Positions 54,125 through 60,313 of a stretch of DNA of 64,000 nucleotides are shown in pieces. The stretch is taken from assembly GCA_963719315.1 (NCBI GenBank), contig CAVRBU010000006.1, positions 192,001 through 256,000 of the forward strand, given 5' to 3'. The first letter of the stretch is position 1; each line of letters starts with the position of its first letter. Both the position numbers and the translations under genes were made by a program. This stretch comes from an uncultured Planctomycetota bacterium. Its GTDB lineage: Bacteria; Planctomycetota; Planctomycetia; Pirellulales; Lacipirellulaceae. A model generated the notes under the pieces. That model ran no database searches and was not told the DNA's origin. It saw nothing but the letters and a program-made list of their open reading frames with translations.

Positions 54125-54154
54125 TTGACACGGGAGATGGGGGCGTGGTAACCT
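54125..54154 (+). promoter_or_regulatory. Putative sigma-70 promoter of the transposase
   Basis: TTGACA, 18 bp, TAACCT preceded by TG; ATG follows 6 nt later, suggesting a leaderless mRNA. Confidence 0.55.
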
Positions 54155-54160
54155 GGCCGC

Positions 54161-54875
54161 ATGCCGCGGCGTGCTCGGACAATTGTGGGTGGTTATGCGT
54201 ACCATGTGCTCAATCGGAGCAACGGTCGGTTGCGGCTATTCAAGAAGGGGGCCGATTTCGCCGCTTTCGAGCGGGTACTCGCCGAAGCGTTCGAACGCCT
54301 GCCACTGCGGATTCTGGGCTACACGGTTATGGGCAACCATTGGCACTTCGTGGTGTGGCCGCGGCAGAGGCAGCACCAGCAGGTTTCCGAGTTCTTTCGT
54401 TGGCTCACCGTCACGCACACGCAGCGCTGGCATGCCCATCATGGCACATCGGGAATGGGTCACGTGTATCAAGGCCGCTTTAAGAGCTTTCCCATCTCGG
54501 CGGACGAACATCTGCTTGCCGTGCTGAGATACGTCGAGCGCAACCCGCTGCGAGCCGGCTTGGTGGAGAGAGCCGAGCAATGGCGGTGGGGGAGCCTTTA
54601 CCGACGCACGCAAGGCACGGCCGAAGAGCGGGCGCTGTTGGCCGACTCGCCCGTTCCGCTCGGCCGGCGATGGTGCGAGCACGTCAACGGGCCACAGACG
54701 GAAGCCGAGTTGGAGGCGATCCGGCGGAGCGTGGCGCGCGGCCGACCTTTTGGCGGCGACGATTGGCGCGAAAGTAACCAGACAACTTGGCCTCGAATAC
54801 ACGCTGCGATCCCGCGGCCGCCCCAGAAAACCGGCGGAGCCGAATTCTGATGTTGGCGCCACGAGCCGAAAATGA
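54161..54875 (+). CDS. REP-associated tyrosine transposase-like (HUH/Y1, IS200/IS605 superfamily); frameshift near 54773
   Basis: YHVLNR, NHWH (HUH), GHVYQGRFKS, YVERNPLRAGL (catalytic Tyr), WRWGS; alternative frame ends LGLEYTLRSRGRPRK...SRK*. Confidence 0.88.
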
Positions 54876-54890
54876 CTCCCGTCGCCTTTA
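54868..54890 (-). repeat. Island repeat R2 (reverse complement TAAAGGCGACGGGAGTCATTTTC)
   Basis: Inverted relative to R1. Confidence 0.9.
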
Positions 54891-54972
54891 CTTCATTCAA
54901 TTGCAGTTTTATACCCCTCTGTTAGAATGTTCCTCTTGGGACTATAAAGCATCCAAATGTAGGAGCGCGCTA

Positions 54973-55701
54973 ATGAGATTATCACTTCGTGTTTGCACTT
55001 CGGTATCCACTTGTGTTGTCGCGTTTATCGGCGTGCGAATGACTCAAGCCACGGAATTTGTCGTTAGTTACAAACAGAATATCTATGGTGCTGGGCTCCC
55101 TTACACTCCTGACATAATTGGTGATGGTCTGCCGCCATCCGTGTTTTATTTCACGGCAGGACCTAATCAGGCCGTTACATTTTCACCAGCTAGTGGAACA
55201 GTCAATGGTTTTGGCGGAACGAGGCCCAGTACTGACAATCCAGATGGCTATGGCCCAAGTTCAAATCCGTTTCCCCCTGGTCAGTCTCCGACGGCACCGG
55301 CTGATTACCCCGGCTTCATGGGTTTGTCGGGACTGCGAGATGTGAACAACTCAGGCTACTTGATTGGTGTATTTCTGACCGACTCGCCGCCAGCCCAGCC
55401 GGCACCGCCAACTCTCGACTTTTCCAACAATAAGTCGTTCGCGAGCCTATCACCACTGACTGGTCAATTGTTCTTTATCGGCGACGGACTTACGGGGACA
55501 GGGACAGGTGATGTGCAGAAGTTTCTCGTCCCGCCAACCGCGACACGACTTTACATGGGGTTTATAGACTCATTCTTTGTGGACAATCTCGGAGCAATAA
55601 CTGCAAACGTCGAGATCAGTATGGTCCCAGAACCTTCTGCCTTGCTGTTGCTCGGCATTGGTGAGGTCGGTCTGCTCGGCTATCGCAAACGCACTCGCTA
55701 A
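54973..55701 (+). CDS. PEP-CTERM sorting domain surface protein
   Basis: AGGAG RBS, signal peptide, C-terminal VPEPSALLLLGIG..LLGYRKRTR. Confidence 0.88.
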   Translation: MRLSLRVCTSVSTCVVAFIGVRMTQATEFVVSYKQNIYGAGLPYTPDIIGDGLPPSVFYFTAGPNQAVTFSPASGTVNGFGGTRPSTDNPDGYGPSSNPFPPGQSPTAPADYPGFMGLSGLRDVNNSGYLIGVFLTDSPPAQPAPPTLDFSNNKSFASLSPLTGQLFFIGDGLTGTGTGDVQKFLVPPTATRLYMGFIDSFFVDNLGAITANVEISMVPEPSALLLLGIGEVGLLGYRKRTR

Positions 55702-55714
55702 TCAGTCTTTAGCC

Positions 55715-55736
55715 AAAAATGACTCCCTCCCCTTGA
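55715..55736 (-). repeat. Island repeat R3 (reverse complement TCAAGGGGAGGGAGTCATTTTT)
   Basis: 13 bp after the PEP-CTERM stop; same orientation as R2 and also preceded by AGCC. Confidence 0.85.
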
Positions 55737-55791
55737 TTCCATCCGCGAGGTTGAGCGACTGATTGATTCGTTGTCCTGGCTGGTAGTACCA

Positions 55792-56589
55792 ATGGCTAGA
55801 CGTAATCCATTTGATGGAGTCATTGTCAAACGAATGTCCACCCAGGAAGGCTACCTCTACACTTTCGATAAGAATGACCGCCTGTGTTGGGATAAAGAAA
55901 ATGCGGAGCGAGTTATTCTCCATCAAGACTTGCGCAGAGATTATGAGGGAATGCGCGTAGGACAACTTGGATGGACGGTGCCGGGCACTACGGACGGATA
56001 CGAGAGGATTGACGTTCAATTCGACTGTGGACAACGCCTGACGCTGAAAACCTGTTTCCTACTCCGCGTCCCACCAGAAAACGCAAGCACACTTGCGCAG
56101 GCGATGATTGACGAGTACCGAGGCACCATGCAGGATGCAGACCCGGAGGCAGCACAAGCAGCGAAAGTCGCCGCGATTAAAGGGTTGTACGACGACAAAA
56201 TCGACTATGCCGACTTAGTGCAAATGGGTGACGGTCCCCAGCAGGTGTATGCGTTCACTTATCCAAGTCTTGTTGAATTGGCGCACCTGAAACAGCAAGA
56301 GTTCTATCCCATCAAGATCGGATATACGGCAGATTGGGACTTCGGTGCTTTCAGTCGTTTGAATATGCTAATCCAGGACGGCACGGCATTGCCTGAAAAA
56401 CTACATCTCCTTTTCGTCATCAAGTGTAAAGACGGTCGGGCCATCGAGACTGCCATACAGCGAATCCTGCGCACCAAGCAACGTTGCGTGAAAACTGCCA
56501 TTGGTCGAGAGTGGTTCCTGAGCAATGTGGAGGAGCTTCACCGTCTCTTTGAACAGTGCATGGAAATGGAGCGCAACCAGGATTGTTGA
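55792..56589 (+). CDS. GIY-YIG-like (T5orf172-type) nuclease domain protein
   Basis: VYAFTYP..YPIKIGYT..R..IETAIQRIL..GREWF in the C-terminal half. Confidence 0.75.
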   Translation: MARRNPFDGVIVKRMSTQEGYLYTFDKNDRLCWDKENAERVILHQDLRRDYEGMRVGQLGWTVPGTTDGYERIDVQFDCGQRLTLKTCFLLRVPPENASTLAQAMIDEYRGTMQDADPEAAQAAKVAAIKGLYDDKIDYADLVQMGDGPQQVYAFTYPSLVELAHLKQQEFYPIKIGYTADWDFGAFSRLNMLIQDGTALPEKLHLLFVIKCKDGRAIETAIQRILRTKQRCVKTAIGREWFLSNVEELHRLFEQCMEMERNQDC

Positions 56590-56947
56590 ATTCGCCAACT
56601 ACGATCCAAAATCACCAAAAACACCGACGCTATACATGCCAGTTACCTACCGGTTGTGCCGCGAATTCCTCACCATTGTTTCCCGCCACTGACTCCCACA
56701 AAAAACAGAGAAAACTCACCGACTACAACTATGACACCTGAAAACATGACGACACCGAAGAAAAAGTTCAAAACAGCATGGTTTGTAAGTACCCTCGCTT
56801 CACCAGTCATCCTACGCATCTGGAGGCCGACGTTCGATACGCCCCATGCTCTGCCAAATGGTCTTGCGCCACTCTTCGTGTAACGCTTCGCTTTGTGTGC
56901 GCTTGAACCATTCATCCGACTGTGAGTCCAAAATCTGAATCCCTAGG

Positions 56948-57397
56948 TCAATTCGCATCGCAGTTACCATTATCCGCGATGGCTTGAGTCAGTGCGTCAT
57001 AGTTAGCACGGCTGAACACACCGAATCCATGATCCTCAGCAATGTTGAGCAATTCATGGTTGGCTCGCATTACGATGACGCTGAGAGCAATCACGCGCGC
57101 ACCGCCAAACACTTGTAGACGGCTGTGGGCCGCAACGATTGCTCGATTGCTTTTGTCAAAGTCCTGTACCGATGCGTGGCGTATCGCTTCAGCATTCTCA
57201 TCGACGGCCGCAAGCATCCGCTCATAGACGTTGAATCGTTCCTGCCAAAGCCGCTCCGCCATTGGCTCCCAACGTGATGCGCGGCGGTATGCTTCCGTTT
57301 TCCGAAGTTGCCACCATGCGGCAAACAATGCTAAGGCCGTGCCGCCAAGTGCGCCTAACGCGGATAGTAAGATGGTCTGCCACCAAGGCGCTTGCAT
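56948..57397 (-). CDS. Hypothetical protein with N-terminal TM helix
   Basis: Hydrophobic N-terminus followed by helical region; starts 61 bp from R4. Confidence 0.65.
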   Translation of the reverse strand: MQAPWWQTILLSALGALGGTALALFAAWWQLRKTEAYRRASRWEPMAERLWQERFNVYERMLAAVDENAEAIRHASVQDFDKSNRAIVAAHSRLQVFGGARVIALSVIVMRANHELLNIAEDHGFGVFSRANYDALTQAIADNGNCDAN

Positions 57398-57458
57398 TGT
57401 CTATATCCAGTACCAGGCAAGTCCGAAAATCAGCAGCACTAGGAATCAAAGTAAACTC

Positions 57459-57480
57459 TAAAGGTAACGGGAGTCATTTT
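57459..57480 (+). repeat. Island repeat R4 TAAAGGTAACGGGAGTCATTTT
   Basis: Read directly. Confidence 0.85.
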
Positions 57481-57514
57481 ATTGAGATCACGAGCACCGT
57501 TGCTATACGGCTCG

Positions 57515-57690
57515 TCAAAAACTCTCACCTCGCCACAAACGGTCGTGCTCTCCGGACTTTGTTCCCTCCGGGCCTTGGCGCTGGCGTTTTCCACAACAAT
57601 TCTTGAACATCCTTCCGCTCCCACATCGACAACGGCGATTCCCTGCCGGCTTGCTCGATCCGCGCTTAGCGATTGCCCGCCTTTGCAGCG
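57515..57690 (-). pseudogene. 3' fragment of a SEC-C motif gene, diverged paralogue of 59416-60279
   Basis: QRRAIAKRGSSKPAGNRRCRCGSGRMFKNCCG; 57471-57690 aligns to 59330-59549. Confidence 0.8.
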
Positions 57691-57707
57691 AGGAAAAAAA
57701 GAGGAAA

Positions 57708-58730
57708 AAAAGGGAACGGGAGTGCTCAGTAGAAAACGTCTGAATGCTAGCTAAACATCGGTGTGTGTTGGTTCGTATGACGGTGGATGAAGACGAGCAA
57801 GAGTCCGAAGCGCGTGTTGGTCGAGGCACTGGCCGTGGCCCAGGCTTCGCTGCCGCGGTACTCGCATCGGTTCAGCCCACGGGTCTTCACGCAGCATCAA
57901 CTGTTTGCCTGTCTGGTGCTCAAGGATTTTTACAACCTGACCTATCGGGGCACCGTTGGCCTGTTGGCGGACAGCGATTCGCTGTGCGAAGCGATCGGCC
58001 TGGAAAAGGTGCCCCACTTCACGACGCTGCAAAAGTCGGCCGATCGGTTGTTGGTGAAGAAGTCGTTTCAACGGCTGATCACGGCCACGGTCCAGCGGGC
58101 ACGGAAGGCCAAGCTGCTCCGCCGCTCCGTGCGATTGGCAGCCATCGACACCAGCGGCTTCGAAGCGCGGCACACCAGTCGCTACTATGCCTGGCGTCGA
58201 AAAAAGGTGGGAAAACACGGACGAACGTGCGCCGTCTCCTATCGCCGCTACCCCAAGCTGGGCGTGGTCTGCGACACGACGAGTCATTTCTGCCTGGCGG
58301 CCCGGGCTAGCCAGGGACCGCGGCCCGACTTCGGCGATTTCCGCCCGCTCGTCGTCGAAGCGCAGGCTCGCACCGGAGTGAAGGCGGTCGCGGCGGACGC
58401 CGGCTTCGACAGCGAAGCCAACCACGTGTTGGCCCGCGACGAACTGGGGATTCAGTCCCTGATCCCCGCCGAGCACGGCCGACCGCCGGCCGGGGAACCC
58501 GTGGGCCGCTATCGAAAGCAGATGAAACGTCATTTGCACGAAAGTCGTTATGGACAACGTTGGCAGGTGGAAACCGTCTACTCGATGATCAAACGTCTCT
58601 CGGGAGAAGTCGTCAACGCCCGCACCCACTGGCGCCGCTGCCGACTCCTGCTCCTCAAAACACTCACTCACAACATCTCGATTCTCAGACAACACCTAGG
58701 TTTTCTACTGAGCAGAACGGGAGTCATTTC
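57708..58730 (+). repeat. Island repeat R5, split by the IS5-like element
   Basis: Removing the IS and one TSD restores AAAAGGGAACGGGAGTCATTTC. Confidence 0.85.
57723..58714 (+). mobile_element. IS5-family-like insertion sequence (992 bp)
   Basis: Perfect 15-bp TIRs TGCTCAGTAGAAAAC; 9-bp TSD GAACGGGAG (57714-57722, 58715-58723). Confidence 0.9.
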
Positions 58731-58758
58731 TACGGGAAGTGTCGCTCGTCTCCTATAG
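57787..58758 (+). CDS. IS5-family-like DDE transposase
   Basis: VPHFTTL, AIDTSG, ADAGFDS, YGQRWQVETVYSMIKR; the ORF as given runs past the right TIR. Confidence 0.88.
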   Translation: MKTSKSPKRVLVEALAVAQASLPRYSHRFSPRVFTQHQLFACLVLKDFYNLTYRGTVGLLADSDSLCEAIGLEKVPHFTTLQKSADRLLVKKSFQRLITATVQRARKAKLLRRSVRLAAIDTSGFEARHTSRYYAWRRKKVGKHGRTCAVSYRRYPKLGVVCDTTSHFCLAARASQGPRPDFGDFRPLVVEAQARTGVKAVAADAGFDSEANHVLARDELGIQSLIPAEHGRPPAGEPVGRYRKQMKRHLHESRYGQRWQVETVYSMIKRLSGEVVNARTHWRRCRLLLLKTLTHNISILRQHLGFLLSRTGVISTGSVARLL

Positions 58759-58778
58759 CCTCTCCCAATGTCGGAAGA

Positions 58779-59048
58779 TTAGTAGTGATAGCGGCAGGCC
58801 AGGATGCGGATTCTCTCGTTGCTTAATTGGTATACCAAACGATGTTCGTCATCAATCCGCTTGGACCAGCACCCGGCGAGCTCGTGTTTGAGTGGTTCTG
58901 GTTTGCCAACGCCGCCGAACGGATCGGTGGAGGTTTCCTGGACAAGCCGGAGAATGCGCGTCGCCTTCTTGCGATCGTGCTGGATCCACCAGGCCAGATC
59001 GTCGAGCGCGGCGGCGTCAAATTCCAAGCTTCTGGCGGGCTTCGTCAA
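58779..59048 (-). CDS. yoeB: Txe/YoeB family toxin
   Basis: DPFGGVGKPEPLKHELAGCWSKRIDDEHRLVY..CRYHY; probable TTG start overlapping the antitoxin end. Confidence 0.9.
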   Translation of the reverse strand: MTKPARSLEFDAAALDDLAWWIQHDRKKATRILRLVQETSTDPFGGVGKPEPLKHELAGCWSKRIDDEHRLVYQLSNERIRILACRYHY

Positions 59049-59229
59049 GCGTAACGCCTCCGATTCGATCCTTGGCTTCGAGAAGACGCTTGCGCATGGC
59101 ATCGCTATTGAGCAGGTAGGCGGTTTCGCGCTCAGATTCGATTTCGCGCCAGACTTCAATTGGCACAATCACGGCGATCGCGTTGCCACTGTCGTCGGAG
59201 ACGTATTGAACGGGCGTGTCGGCGGGCAT
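59017..59229 (-). CDS. Antitoxin (Phd/YefM-like C-terminus)
   Basis: AVIVPIEVW..ETAYLLNS; directly upstream of and overlapping yoeB. Confidence 0.8.
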   Translation of the reverse strand: MPADTPVQYVSDDSGNAIAVIVPIEVWREIESERETAYLLNSDAMRKRLLEAKDRIGGVTLDEARQKLGI

Positions 59230-59323
59230 TTTTACAATTGCAAAACCAGTGGTGGGGCGGTTCGAATGCGTATTTTATTATACCCGAATTTACCGGCCGC
59301 ACGTGGGGAAATACACGGTGATA

Positions 59324-59340
59324 TAAAGGGAGTCATTTTC
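59324..59340 (+). repeat. Island repeat R6 TAAAGGGAGTCATTTTC (5-bp internal deletion)
   Basis: Read directly. Confidence 0.8.
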
Positions 59341-59415
59341 TTGAGATCACGAGCATGGTTGCTATACGGCTCGCCAAAAATTCTTCCCGCGACGCGGACG
59401 GTCTCCCTCTACGTC

Positions 59416-60279
59416 CTATCTTCCCTCTTGGCCTTGGCGCTGGCGTTTTCCACAACAATTCTTGAACATCTTTCCGCTCCCACATCGGCAACGGCGATTC
59501 CCTGCCGGCTTCGTTGATCCGCGCTTAGCGATTGCCCGCCTTTGCTGCGCCGATATCCCGGCCGGCCGGGAATCTTTCGCATCGTCGCACCATTGTGACG
59601 GGGTCGATCCCTCATAGCGGACATGGGATGAAGCGCCCCGCTCCAGGAAACCACGGATCAATGGGGCCGGGTCCTCGCGTCCGTCATCTACGCCCATGCT
59701 CAGCTTGCGTTGCCATGCCGCCGATTCGTCGCTGCTCAGAACCCCCAAGGGAAGCGCCGCGCCAGTCGTCGTGACGAACGCACCAAAGTCCAGCAGCCGT
59801 GTCGCAAGCAACACGCCGGGCCGTGCCGTTTCGGAGAAACCCATGTCAACCAGCAGTCGCGTCTCGTCTGTAAACAAGTTCTTGATATGACAACCCACGC
59901 CCGGCTCGATGCGAGTCACGATTACCAGCGCATACTTGGCATGGCGCATCGCCTGCAAGCACGCCATCTCGTCGGAGTCAGGATCGGGCGAATGGTCTTG
60001 CAGGTATTGGTCAATCGCATTACGACCGCTGCGATAAACGTCGTAGATGCAGTAATCCATCAGCACCGAGGACTCGTCTTCGTTGTCGAAGACGAATGTT
60101 CCGCGCCGCAGGATGCCAAGTTTCTTGCCCCCTTCCTCGAGCGCATTGCGCGAAAGCCGTCCAACCAGTTCATTGTTCAGACGCAAGCGCAGCGGGCGAA
60201 GTCGCTGGTAGAGAGCAACAATCTCTGCCGTGTCCGTGGGCTGGCTGGGTCCGTGCTTGAGGAATCCGAAGAGACCCAT
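59416..60279 (-). CDS. SEC-C motif domain protein
   Basis: AGGAGG RBS; C-terminal NRRCRCGSGKMFKNCCG. Confidence 0.8.
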   Translation of the reverse strand: MGLFGFLKHGPSQPTDTAEIVALYQRLRPLRLRLNNELVGRLSRNALEEGGKKLGILRRGTFVFDNEDESSVLMDYCIYDVYRSGRNAIDQYLQDHSPDPDSDEMACLQAMRHAKYALVIVTRIEPGVGCHIKNLFTDETRLLVDMGFSETARPGVLLATRLLDFGAFVTTTGAALPLGVLSSDESAAWQRKLSMGVDDGREDPAPLIRGFLERGASSHVRYEGSTPSQWCDDAKDSRPAGISAQQRRAIAKRGSTKPAGNRRCRCGSGKMFKNCCGKRQRQGQEGR

Positions 60280-60301
60280 GATTCACCTCCTTGTCGGAAT
60301 A

Positions 60302-60313
60302 ATAAAGGGGACG
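60302..60313 (+). repeat. Island repeat R7, half-site ATAAAGGGGACG
   Basis: Identical to 54102-54113; abuts the stop codon of the sigma-54 activator. Confidence 0.7.

Larger units (their letters stand above)
54102..60313. mobile_element. Repeat-delimited accessory island associated with a RAYT-like Y1 transposase
   Basis: Bounded by ATAAAGGGGACG at both ends; seven copies or part-copies of one motif; partly AT-richer than the flanks. Confidence 0.7.

Noticed and set aside
1774..54875. Frameshifts in pilP-like, pilQ, MerR-TPR, HEAT, moaB, acyl-CoA dehydrogenase, the large membrane protein, nadB and the Y1 transposase as pseudogenes or recoding sites
   Set aside because: Many isolated 1-2 bp indels in otherwise intact genes, and a 1-bp difference between the twin IS copies, point to long-read consensus error; needs read polishing to settle.
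57482..57509. TTGAGA-16 bp-TATACG next to R4 and R6 as a repeat-linked promoter
   Set aside because: Poor -10 match, and the two copies derive from one duplicated segment so are not independent evidence.
58715..58758. IS5-like transposase truly extending past its right TIR
   Set aside because: Another frame gives VFY-stop inside the TIR; with one copy and frequent indels this cannot be told from an error.
54102..60313. CRISPR array or classical integron
   Set aside because: Intervals are gene-sized and irregular, repeats occur in both orientations, and no cas or intI gene or attC-type structure is evident.
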